From an uncultured delta proteobacterium (lineage in GTDB: Bacteria; Myxococcota_A; UBA9160; SMWR01): a DNA stretch of 64,000 nucleotides. Under the pieces are notes generated by a model. It was not told the DNA's origin. It made no database searches and saw only the letters and a program-made list of their open reading frames with translations. The stretch's first letter is position 1. Each line of letters starts with the position of its first letter. The stretch spans positions 800,001-864,000 of the forward strand of contig CAWHTE010000011.1 in the NCBI GenBank assembly GCA_963832165.1, written 5' to 3'. This document shows positions 52,164-60,605 of this stretch, piece after piece. The translations under genes were made by a program, and so were the position numbers.

Positions 52164-52721
52164 TCACTGCGCGGCGGGCGCGGTGCGCTCGTAGGTCCCG
52201 ATCAGCTGGGTCTCGGCGATGATGTGCCCCTGCATCGCTTGTTCGAGTTCGGCCTTCGTCGGACTGAACAGACCCGTGATCACCGTGTCGAGCGCGTAGA
52301 GCTTGTGGACGTAGCGGTGGCGTCCGGTCGGCGGACACGGGCCGCGATAGCCCGTGCGCTTCCAATCGTTCGAGCCCTGGCGTGCCTGCGGCGGGAGCGC
52401 GGATGGAACCACCGCTTCCGCGAGTCCGGTCGTATCGGGGGGCAGGTCGTAGAGCACCCAGTGCACCCAGGGCGCCTGGGGTGCCTTCGGATCCGGCGCA
52501 TCGGGATCGTCGACGATCAGCGCGAGGCTCTTCGCACTCGAGGGTACGCCGGACCACGCGAGCGGCGGCGAGCGATCCTCGCCGTCACAGGTGTGGGTCT
52601 TCGGGATCTCGCCGTCCCGCGAGAACGCAGAGGACGTCAGCTCGAGTCCTTCCTGAGCACGGATGGACGACGCGAGGACGAGCAGCAGGAGTGCGGCGGT
52701 GCGGGTCACCGCAGAGATCAT
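52164..52721 (-). CDS. YbhB/YbcL (PEBP) family protein, exported
   Basis: LTSSAF, SPPLAW, DDPDAP, WVHW, GPCPP, HRY, LYALD. Confidence 0.93.
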   Translation of the reverse strand: MISAVTRTAALLLLVLASSIRAQEGLELTSSAFSRDGEIPKTHTCDGEDRSPPLAWSGVPSSAKSLALIVDDPDAPDPKAPQAPWVHWVLYDLPPDTTGLAEAVVPSALPPQARQGSNDWKRTGYRGPCPPTGRHRYVHKLYALDTVITGLFSPTKAELEQAMQGHIIAETQLIGTYERTAPAAQ

Positions 52722-54076
52722 TGCACCTGAGCGCGCTCTCGGCACTTCCCGAGGTAGCTCGCCGCGAGCGCATCGAACTCCTGCACGCCGAGCTCGCGCG
52801 CATAGACGCTCACGTAGCTCTTCAAGTAGAGCGCGGCGGGCAGCCGGTCGAATCTCTCGCTCTCGATGTGGTCGAGGCTGCGGATCCGCGTCCGTTCCGT
52901 CATCTCCGTGAGCGTGAGGCCGAGCGCTTCGCGACACCGGCGCAGGTACGCACCGGGCTCGGCGAGATCGAGCGGCGGCAGCGCGGGCGCCCGCGTGATC
53001 CGCGCTGGAGACGGCTCCACCACGCGCAGCGGTCGCGGCCGCGGTGTGTCCTCGGCGATCGACTCGCGCGCGCGATCCTCGCTCTGACGGAGCAGGCGCC
53101 GCGCGAGTCCCTCGATCTGGCGCGAGAAGCGGCAATGCGGAAACGCCTGCACGGCGGGCTGCCGCTGCGACACCGCGGTGCGCACGCTCGCGTCGCTTTC
53201 GAGCGACGCGACGAGCTCGATCGACACGCCGTGTCGATCACGGCACGACGCCACGAGCTCCGGGCCGGCGCGGCGGTCCTCCACGCTCTGCACCTGGTTC
53301 ACGATCAGCATCGGCGCGAACGCCTTCGCGCACTCTTCGAGCGGCTTCGCTGCGGTCGGGTCCATCTCGCGCACGAGCGCGATCAGCTCCTGCGCCGAGC
53401 GCACGCGCCGCTTGTGGTGGTTGTCGCGCAGCCGCACGATCGCCGCGTTCACTTCCGGTCGCCGCGCCACGAAGCGCAGCGAGCGGTAGGCCGCCGCGCG
53501 CAGGAAGTGCTCCGCGTTCTCGATCGCCGTCGGCTCCGGCGTCACGACCACGAGCCCGCGCTGCGCGCGCAGGAACAGGTCGAGCACGTTGAACGCGCTG
53601 CCCGCGCCGAGGTCCAGCAGCACGTCGTCGACGTCGAGCATGCCGATCTGGCGGCTCAGGAGCTCCCGCTCGCGCTGCTTGGGATTGGCCATCTCGAGCA
53701 GCGCCTGGTGCCCGCTCACGAGCCAGAGGTTGGGCACCGAGGTCTGCACCATCACGTCGGCGAGCGACGACACCTCGCCGGTCAGGAAATGGGAGAGCGT
53801 GACGCGCGGCCGCGACGCGCCGAGCAGCGTGTGCAGGTTCGCGGCGCCGAGGTCGGCGTCGATCACCGCGACGCGGCGGCCCAGCCCCGCCATCGCGGCC
53901 GCGAGGCTCGAGGTGACGACGGATTTGCCCACGCCGCCCTTGCCGCCGCCAATCGCCCAGATGTTCGGAGCGGTCGCGGGGGCCTCGGCCGGCGCGCGGT
54001 CGGGGGTGGGTTCCGGGGCCGAGTTTCCCCTCTCCGGGGATCGCCCGCGGGCCGATATCTGAAGCATGGTCGCCAT
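52718..54076 (-). CDS. MinD/FlhG-like ATPase with C-terminal RodZ-type HTH
   Basis: GGKGGVGKS, DADLGAANLH, LDLGAG, PEPTAIENA; C-terminal GAYLRRCRE..LTL..LPAALYLKSY. Confidence 0.85.
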   Translation of the reverse strand: MATMLQISARGRSPERGNSAPEPTPDRAPAEAPATAPNIWAIGGGKGGVGKSVVTSSLAAAMAGLGRRVAVIDADLGAANLHTLLGASRPRVTLSHFLTGEVSSLADVMVQTSVPNLWLVSGHQALLEMANPKQRERELLSRQIGMLDVDDVLLDLGAGSAFNVLDLFLRAQRGLVVVTPEPTAIENAEHFLRAAAYRSLRFVARRPEVNAAIVRLRDNHHKRRVRSAQELIALVREMDPTAAKPLEECAKAFAPMLIVNQVQSVEDRRAGPELVASCRDRHGVSIELVASLESDASVRTAVSQRQPAVQAFPHCRFSRQIEGLARRLLRQSEDRARESIAEDTPRPRPLRVVEPSPARITRAPALPPLDLAEPGAYLRRCREALGLTLTEMTERTRIRSLDHIESERFDRLPAALYLKSYVSVYARELGVQEFDALAASYLGKCRERAQVQ

Positions 54077-54117
54077 GGGAGATCCCCTGAAGGGTTCGGG
54101 CGATTGGCTGCGCGGCG

Positions 54118-54140
54118 TCGTGACGCTCCTCACGTCACGA
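54118..54140. promoter_or_regulatory. Palindrome between divergent genes, CRP/FNR-like core
   Basis: TCGTGACG-N7-CGTCACGA, containing cGTGA-N6-TCACg. Confidence 0.4.
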
Positions 54141-54149
54141 GCCGGCAAG

Positions 54150-55583
54150 TTGCGAGCTACCCGGATCCTGAACGTCGCCGTACCCCTGCTGGCGTTGATT
54201 GCGGGCGTCGCGCCCTCCTCGATGTCGCCGGCCAGGTCCGCGGGCCGACCCTCGGTCGTGCTGATCACCGTGGATACGCTGCGCGCGGATCACCTGGGCT
54301 CGTACGGCTTTGCGCTCGATGCGAGCCCCCAGATCGACCGGTTCGCCGCCCAGGGCGTGCTGTTCGAGCGCGCGATCGCGGGCGCGAGCGCGACGGCGCC
54401 GTCGCACGCATCGATCCTGAGCTCGCGCTTCACGCGCGAGCACTCGATCGGCTTTCGCAACGGCGACACCCGGCTCGGAGGCGTTCCGACGCTCGCAACC
54501 GTCTTCCGCGACGCCGGCTACGCGACCGCGGCCTTCGTGAGCAACGTGGTGCTCCGGCGCGGCCGCGGGTTCGAGACCGGCTTCGACGTGTACGACGACG
54601 ACGTGCCCGTGGCGGAGCTCAACCGCAGCGAGATCCACGAGCGGCTCGCGCCGCAGACCACGGCCGCCGCACTCGCGTGGCTCGAGAGCCGGCGCGACCG
54701 GCCGTTCTTCCTGTGGGTGCACTACCAGGATCCGCACGGCCCGTACGCGCCGCCGCCCGACTTCCGCGGGCGCTTCCACCTGCCGCGCCGAACCGATCAG
54801 CGGCCGCTCGCCGTGCTCGCGGACAACTCGGGGCAGGGTGGGATCCCCGCCTATCAGGTGCTGGGCGACCTGCGTCACCCGACCGTGTACGAGGGCCGCT
54901 ACGCCGACGAGATCTTCTACGCCGACGTGTCGATCGGGAAGCTGATCGAAGCCGCGGATCGCGCGGCCGGCGCGCGCGGCGCCGTGGTGCTGCTCACAGC
55001 CGACCACGGCGAGAGCTTCGGCGAGGAGGATCGCTTCTTCGTGCACGGCGCGGCGACGACGCCCGACCTGGCGCACGTGCCGATGATCTTGCGCGCCCCC
55101 GGGCTCGCACCGGGCCGGCGCGCCGACCTCGTGCATCACGTGGACGTGCTGCCGACGCTGCTCGAGCTGGCCGGGATCTCCGCCTCCGCTCCCACGAGCG
55201 GGATCGCGCTGGGTCCGATGCTGCGCGCCGGCACGCCGCTGCCCGAGCGGACCGTCTTTACCGACATCGGCATGGAGCTCTCGGCCTATACGCGGAGCGG
55301 CTTCCTGCGCGTCTACGGCGCTCAGGCGGCGTGGCAGCGACGCGCGGACGCGCATGCTGCGCTCGCGCCGGTCGCGAAGCCCTATGCGTGGAATGGCGGA
55401 GGCACCTGGAGGGCGGAGGGCCCGCGGGCCGGACTGCCGGCCGAGGTCGCGCGCTACATCCGCACCGCGGTGCCGATGGAATCGGCCGGTGGCGTGAGCG
55501 AACAGGATCTGGAGCGCCTGCGCGCGCTCGGATATCTCGAGGTGGCGGCTTCTGACCGGGACACCCGCGCGGTAGGCTGGTAG
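54150..55583 (+). CDS. Sulfatase-like hydrolase; start uncertain
   Basis: VVLITVDTLRADHL, TAPSHAS, FFLWVHYQDPH, TADHGE, HVPMI, DVLPT, LRALGY. Confidence 0.85.
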   Translation: MRATRILNVAVPLLALIAGVAPSSMSPARSAGRPSVVLITVDTLRADHLGSYGFALDASPQIDRFAAQGVLFERAIAGASATAPSHASILSSRFTREHSIGFRNGDTRLGGVPTLATVFRDAGYATAAFVSNVVLRRGRGFETGFDVYDDDVPVAELNRSEIHERLAPQTTAAALAWLESRRDRPFFLWVHYQDPHGPYAPPPDFRGRFHLPRRTDQRPLAVLADNSGQGGIPAYQVLGDLRHPTVYEGRYADEIFYADVSIGKLIEAADRAAGARGAVVLLTADHGESFGEEDRFFVHGAATTPDLAHVPMILRAPGLAPGRRADLVHHVDVLPTLLELAGISASAPTSGIALGPMLRAGTPLPERTVFTDIGMELSAYTRSGFLRVYGAQAAWQRRADAHAALAPVAKPYAWNGGGTWRAEGPRAGLPAEVARYIRTAVPMESAGGVSEQDLERLRALGYLEVAASDRDTRAVGW

Positions 55584-55653
55584 GGATCGGGCCGCCCTCG
55601 AGTGATCGGCGCGATCTGCCGAAGCGCATGCAGCGGCCCCCCGGAGGCTCGCC

Positions 55654-56829
55654 ATGTCGCACGCACCTGAATCCAGCGTCGACCTCAAGCAGTACGACGT
55701 GAGTCCGGCGCGCGGCTTCCTGCCCGAGCCCGATCCCGAGCCCGCGCTGCCCGCGCCGCTCGCGCTGTGGCAGGAGCTCGCGGGTGAGCTGCCCAAGCGG
55801 CTCGCGGCGCAGCGCGTGCGCGCAGCGGTGCGCTCGCTGCCCCAGTTCGAGATCGCTTCGCTGCGCTCGCCCGCGGAAGAGCGCGCGGCGATGCGCGTGC
55901 TGTCGTTCCTCGGGCACGCGTTCGTCTGGGAAGGCGGCTCTCCGGAGCCCGTGCTGCCGAGGTCGCTCGCGGTTCCGTGGTGCGCGATCGCGCGCCGGCT
56001 CGGGCGACCGCCCGTGCTCTCGTACGGCTCCTATGCGCTCGACAACTGGCGCCGGTTCGACGCGCGCGGGCCGCTGCGCGTCGAGAACCTCGCCATCCTC
56101 CAGAACTTCCTGGGCGGGCAGGACGAGGACTGGTTCATCCTGATCCACGTCGAGATCGAGGCGCTCGCGGCGCGCGCACTGCGCGCCGCGCCGGGTGCAC
56201 TCGAGGCCGCGCGCCGCGTCGACGGCGCGGCGCTCACGGCGCACCTCGAAGAGGTGGCGAGCGCGCTCGAGGCGATCCTCGCGACGCTGCGCCGGATGCC
56301 CGAGCGCTGTGATCCCTACGTCTACTTCGCGCGCGTGCGCCCGTTCATCCACGGCTGGAAGAACCATCCCGCGCTGCCGCAGGGCGTCCACTACGAGGGC
56401 GTCGCGGAGCTCGCGGGCCCGCAGCGGTTGCGCGGAGAGACCGGCGCGCAGAGCACGATCGTGCCCGTGCTCGACGCACTGCTCGGCGTGGCCCACGCGC
56501 CCGATCCACTGCGCGAGTATCTCGACGAGATGCGCGGCTACATGCCGCCTCGTCATCGCGCGTTCCTCGAACACGTAGAAGATGGGGGCTCGGTGCGGTC
56601 CTCGGTGCGCGAGCTGCGCGGTGCGCGTCCGGAGCTCGCCGAGGCCTACGACGCGTGCCTGCGCTGGCTCGAAGCGTTCCGCACGCTCCATCTCGACTAC
56701 GCGGCGCAGTACATCCACGCCCAGGCCGGAGGTGGAGCGAACCCCAGCGACGTCGGCACGGGCGGCACGCCGTTCATGAAGTACCTCGCCAAGCACCGCG
56801 ACGAGACCGCCGCCGATCGCCTCGGTTAG
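55654..56829 (+). CDS. Indoleamine 2,3-dioxygenase family heme enzyme
   Basis: RGFLP, PVLSY..YALDNW, DEDWFILIH, RPFIHGW, GETGAQS, YMPPRHRAF, FRTLH, GTGGTPF; SD GGAGG. Confidence 0.92.
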   Translation: MSHAPESSVDLKQYDVSPARGFLPEPDPEPALPAPLALWQELAGELPKRLAAQRVRAAVRSLPQFEIASLRSPAEERAAMRVLSFLGHAFVWEGGSPEPVLPRSLAVPWCAIARRLGRPPVLSYGSYALDNWRRFDARGPLRVENLAILQNFLGGQDEDWFILIHVEIEALAARALRAAPGALEAARRVDGAALTAHLEEVASALEAILATLRRMPERCDPYVYFARVRPFIHGWKNHPALPQGVHYEGVAELAGPQRLRGETGAQSTIVPVLDALLGVAHAPDPLREYLDEMRGYMPPRHRAFLEHVEDGGSVRSSVRELRGARPELAEAYDACLRWLEAFRTLHLDYAAQYIHAQAGGGANPSDVGTGGTPFMKYLAKHRDETAADRLG

Positions 56830-56868
56830 TCGAGCACTCGAGCAGTTCCTCTCCGGCATGATCGTGCG

Positions 56869-57060
56869 GCCGGGGTGGTTGGCTTGCTGCGGCTCATGGC
56901 TCGCCGGCCTGGGGGTGACGTTCTCTCTCGCCCGAAGGGTCCGAAGCCAGCGATGGCTTCAGGCTTTCAGGTTGCCGGTCCAACCCAAGTTGCCACGAGC
57001 CCTGCGACGGCCCGTGGCCGGCTGCGCTTTACTTCGCCGCAGCAAGCCAACCACCCCGGC
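56869..57060. repeat. 192-bp element with perfect 25-bp terminal inverted repeats (MITE/REPIN-like)
   Basis: GCCGGGGTGGTTGGCTTGCTGCGGC at 56869-56893 and its reverse complement at 57036-57060. Confidence 0.75.
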
Positions 57061-57105
57061 ACTCGAACTCGTACGCCCTGGAGGCGTGAACCTCTCAGTG
57101 CGCTA

Positions 57106-57250
57106 GGCCGGGCGGATGATTTAGTCGCGCAGGCCCGGGCGCAGGCAAGCGGGCGTTGCGAACGACCCGTCGGGCATCGACTCGAACGCCGCGCGGCTTC
57201 CGCGTTCACTGCCGAAGCCAAGGGCCGGAGCGACAAACATCCGCCCGGCC
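57106..57250. repeat. Second inverted-repeat element (~145 bp)
   Basis: GGCCGGGCGGATG...CATCCGCCCGGCC, perfect 13 bp, extended by GTCGC/GCGAC. Confidence 0.65.
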
Positions 57251-57272
57251 CGGGCAACGGACACGGTCAAAG

Positions 57273-57923
57273 TCAGCGGCGCCGGCGCCGGCGCGGGCGC
57301 TCCTCGATCGCCGTGAACAGCGCGCGGTCGAGGCCCGTGACGCCCTCCACCGCGAACGACGCCACGGCTGCGCCGACCGCGTCGAGATCGCGGATGCCGC
57401 GCCGACGTGCATGGCGGATTCCCGCGTTGGAGAGTGAGACCATGAGCGCGGCGAGCAGCTCGGCGCCCGCGAGCCCTCCCTCGCCGTCGCCGACGAGAAT
57501 CGGCCGCATGATCCGCGCGACGCGCTCGATCACCTGACGCACCGCGCGCTCGCTCACCTCGCCCGAGGGCGCCGAGGTGTCGGGCGCGAACAGCAGCTCG
57601 GTCCCGGCGGGGCGCAGCTGCGCAAACTCGAACGCGGCGCGTATGCCCAGCGACACGCCTTCGCGCAGTCCTTCGCGCTCCGCGCGATCGTAGGCGGCGA
57701 ACAGGTGGCGGGTGAGCAGCGAGGCCTCGCGCTCCACGGCGCGCGCGTAGAGCTCCTCCTTCGAGGAGAAGCGCGCGTAGAGCGTCGGCTTCGTGGATCC
57801 CGCGCGCGACGCGATCTGATCGACGCCGGTCGCGCCGTAGCCGTGCTGCGCGAACAGATCCGTCGCGGCGTCGAGGAACGCGTCTTCGGAGATCGGCCGT
57901 CTCTGGGTCGCAGGGGCGGTCAT
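57273..57923 (-). CDS. TetR/AcrR family regulator; start could be GTG 57974
   Basis: FLDAATDLFAQHGY..TGVDQIA..AGSTKPTLYARFSSKEEL. Confidence 0.92.
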   Translation of the reverse strand: MTAPATQRRPISEDAFLDAATDLFAQHGYGATGVDQIASRAGSTKPTLYARFSSKEELYARAVEREASLLTRHLFAAYDRAEREGLREGVSLGIRAAFEFAQLRPAGTELLFAPDTSAPSGEVSERAVRQVIERVARIMRPILVGDGEGGLAGAELLAALMVSLSNAGIRHARRRGIRDLDAVGAAVASFAVEGVTGLDRALFTAIEERPRRRRRR

Positions 57924-57974
57924 GCGCGCTCCGCGCCCGGGCCGCCGTTCGGCCGCCGAGCTGCGATTTTTCAC

Positions 57975-58013
57975 TTGACTGGTGAGTAAAGATCATCTTT
58001 ACTCACTGGTAAA
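57975..58013. promoter_or_regulatory. TetR operator array
   Basis: GTGAGTAAAGAT-C-ATCTTTACTCAC perfect palindrome (57982-58006), AT-rich, between divergent tetR and hydrolase. Confidence 0.75.
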
Positions 58014-58032
58014 GTAGCACGGAGGGCGGGCG

Positions 58033-59256
58033 ATGCGAATCCGAAGTCTCTGGCGATCGATCGGGGCAGGGGTCGTGGCGGCCTGGTTCGCGTGGGGCGC
58101 TCCCGCGGCGGCCACGATGCGCTGTGAGCTGCCGATGCTTCCGGGGCAGCCATTCAACGTCACGTGGCCGGGGGCCGTCGACCTCGACGCCGCGAAGCTC
58201 AAGCAGGCGGTCGACTATGCGGCGGCGCACCTGTCGTTCTCGGTACGCGTCTATCGCCACAACTGCCTGGTCGCGAAGAGCAGCCTCGATCTCCTGACCG
58301 AGAGCGTCCCGAACAACGTCTGGAGCACGACCAAGGGCGTCATCTCGATGCTCGCGGGCCGCGCCGAGAAGCTCGGCAAGCTCTCGCTCGACGACCCGAT
58401 CGGCAAGTACCTGCCGCAGGCCGACGCCGCCCACGCCGCGATCACGATTCGCCAGCTGCTCACGCAGAGCTCGGGCCTGCACTTCGTGTGGACGCCCGAG
58501 CTGCTGGGCATTCCCGAGAACGAGGTGACGTACACGCTCGGCCTGCCGTTCGACTATCCGCGCGGCACCCACTTCGAATACGGCCAGACCACGATCACGC
58601 TGCTCGCGCACGTGATCCAGAAGGCGGTCGGACAGGATCTCCAGGAGTTCGCGCACCAGCAGCTGTTCGCGCCGATCGGCATCCAGCGCAACTGGATCTG
58701 GTTGCGCGACCGCGCGGGCAACACGAAGGGCTGGGCCGACCTCTACATCGCTCCGGCGGACCTCGCCCGGCTCGGCCACGTGATGCTGAACAAGGGCCGA
58801 TGGCGCGACCTCCAGCTCCTGCGCCCCGAGTACGTGAAGGCCGCGTCGACGCCTTCGCCCACGAATCCCTACTACGGGTATCTGTACTGGCTGAACGCGA
58901 GCGACCACGGCTACACGGTGGCGATGCCGGGCGCGCGCGCGATCGAGAACCGCCGGATGTTCGAATCGGCGCCGCCCGATCTCTACGCGTTCGTCGGCTT
59001 CCGCGACCAGCTGATCTTCGTGATCCCGAGCCTCGACATGGTGATCGTGCGCACGGGCGAGCCCGGAAACACACAAGGCAACGAACAGCAGCTGCTCACC
59101 GCCGACTCGGGCGAGTGGCACCACGAGTTCTTTCGCAAGCTGATGTCCAGCGTCCAGGACGTGCCGTATACCGATCCGGGCCCGTACGACTGGCAGTCCG
59201 GGGACGGCCTCGTGATCGACCTCGATCACTTTATCTGGATACCGTCTCTGCCCTAG
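58033..59256 (+). CDS. Secreted serine hydrolase, beta-lactamase class C / NylB-like
   Basis: Signal peptide; WSTTK (SxxK), ITIRQLLTQSSGL, FEY, DLARLG, YGYLYW. Confidence 0.9.
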   Translation: MRIRSLWRSIGAGVVAAWFAWGAPAAATMRCELPMLPGQPFNVTWPGAVDLDAAKLKQAVDYAAAHLSFSVRVYRHNCLVAKSSLDLLTESVPNNVWSTTKGVISMLAGRAEKLGKLSLDDPIGKYLPQADAAHAAITIRQLLTQSSGLHFVWTPELLGIPENEVTYTLGLPFDYPRGTHFEYGQTTITLLAHVIQKAVGQDLQEFAHQQLFAPIGIQRNWIWLRDRAGNTKGWADLYIAPADLARLGHVMLNKGRWRDLQLLRPEYVKAASTPSPTNPYYGYLYWLNASDHGYTVAMPGARAIENRRMFESAPPDLYAFVGFRDQLIFVIPSLDMVIVRTGEPGNTQGNEQQLLTADSGEWHHEFFRKLMSSVQDVPYTDPGPYDWQSGDGLVIDLDHFIWIPSLP

Positions 59257-59284
59257 CTTTCCGGGTCCATCCCGGAGGTTGGGC

Positions 59285-60598
59285 ATGAAGGCATCGGGGA
59301 AGATCGTCCGCCGGCTGATTCCGTTCCTGATGCTCTGTTATTTCGTGGCCTATCTGGACCGCGTGAACGTGGGCTTCGCGGCGCTCACGATGAATCAGGA
59401 CCTGGGCTTCTCGGCCGAGATGTTTGGATTCGGCGTCGGCATCTTCTTTCTCGGCTACGTCCTGTTCGAAGTGCCGAGCAATCTGCTGCTGGAGCGGTTC
59501 GGTGCGCGGATCTGGATCGCGCGCATCATGATCACCTGGGGACTGTTCTCGGCGGGCATGGCGTTCATCGCGGGTCCGACGAGCTTCTACGTCATGCGCT
59601 TCCTGCTCGGCGCCGCCGAGGCGGGCTTCTTCCCGGGCATCATCCTCTACCTGACCTACTGGTTCACCGCCGAGGAGCGCGCGCGCTGGGTCGGCCTGTT
59701 CATGACCGCGATTCCGCTGTCGTCGTTCATCGGCGCGCCGGTTTCCGGATGGATCCTCGACTACCTGAACGGCGCGATGGGCGTGGCGGGCTGGCGCTGG
59801 CTGTTCCTGCTCGAGGGCGTACCGTCGATCGCGGTCGGCCTGGCCTGTCTCGCCTATCTCGACGACGGGCCCGCCGCGGCGGCGTGGCTCGAGCCCGCCG
59901 ATCGCGACGCGCTCGTGCGCCGGCTCGAGGCCGAGCGCCGCCACCGCGAGACAGTGCACTCCTTCACGCTGCGCGAGGCGCTGACCCACCCGCGCGTACT
60001 GCTGCTGTCGGTCGCCTATTTCGGGATCGCAGCCGGCAACTATGGCCTCGGCTACTGGCTGCCGACGATCGTCAAGGAGGTCGCTCAGGCGACGCAGCTC
60101 GACACGACCACGGGCATCCCCCTCAACTCGCTCACGGGCTACCTCGTGGCCGTGCCCTACGCGCTGTCCGTGATCGCGATGATCGCGTGGACGCGGCGAT
60201 CCGACCGCATGCGCGAGCGGGTGTGGCACGTGGCCGGTCCATCGCTGGTCGCGGGCGCGGCGCTCGCCTCGATCGCCTTCGTGGACGACCCGCTGTTCGC
60301 CGCCGCCGCCGTGACGATCTGCGCCGTAGGAACCTATGCGGCGTTGCCGACGTTCTGGACGCTGCCGACGGCGTTCCTCACCGGCACGGCGGCGGCCGGT
60401 GGAATCGCGCTCATCAATTCGATCGGCAATATCGGTGGCTTCGTCGGCCCCTATCTCGTGGGCTGGCTGCGCGATCTCACGGGTTCGCCGACGATCGGGC
60501 TCGCGGCGCTCGGCAGCTGTTACCTCCTGACCGGCGTCGTGACGCTCTGGGTCGGTCACGACAGCCGTGTCGAAATGGTCTCGGCGGAGGAGCCGTAG
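59285..60598 (+). CDS. MFS transporter, ACS family
   Basis: YLDRVNVGFA, FEVPSN, WIARIMITWG, EAGFFPG, INSIGNIGGF. Confidence 0.93.
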   Translation: MKASGKIVRRLIPFLMLCYFVAYLDRVNVGFAALTMNQDLGFSAEMFGFGVGIFFLGYVLFEVPSNLLLERFGARIWIARIMITWGLFSAGMAFIAGPTSFYVMRFLLGAAEAGFFPGIILYLTYWFTAEERARWVGLFMTAIPLSSFIGAPVSGWILDYLNGAMGVAGWRWLFLLEGVPSIAVGLACLAYLDDGPAAAAWLEPADRDALVRRLEAERRHRETVHSFTLREALTHPRVLLLSVAYFGIAAGNYGLGYWLPTIVKEVAQATQLDTTTGIPLNSLTGYLVAVPYALSVIAMIAWTRRSDRMRERVWHVAGPSLVAGAALASIAFVDDPLFAAAAVTICAVGTYAALPTFWTLPTAFLTGTAAAGGIALINSIGNIGGFVGPYLVGWLRDLTGSPTIGLAALGSCYLLTGVVTLWVGHDSRVEMVSAEEP

Positions 60599-60605
60599 CG
60601 CTGCG

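Noticed and set aside
43513..56829. IDO and cyclase as a kynurenine pathway cluster
   Set aside because: They are 11 kb apart with unrelated genes between, the cyclase appears exported, and there is no kynureninase in the window.
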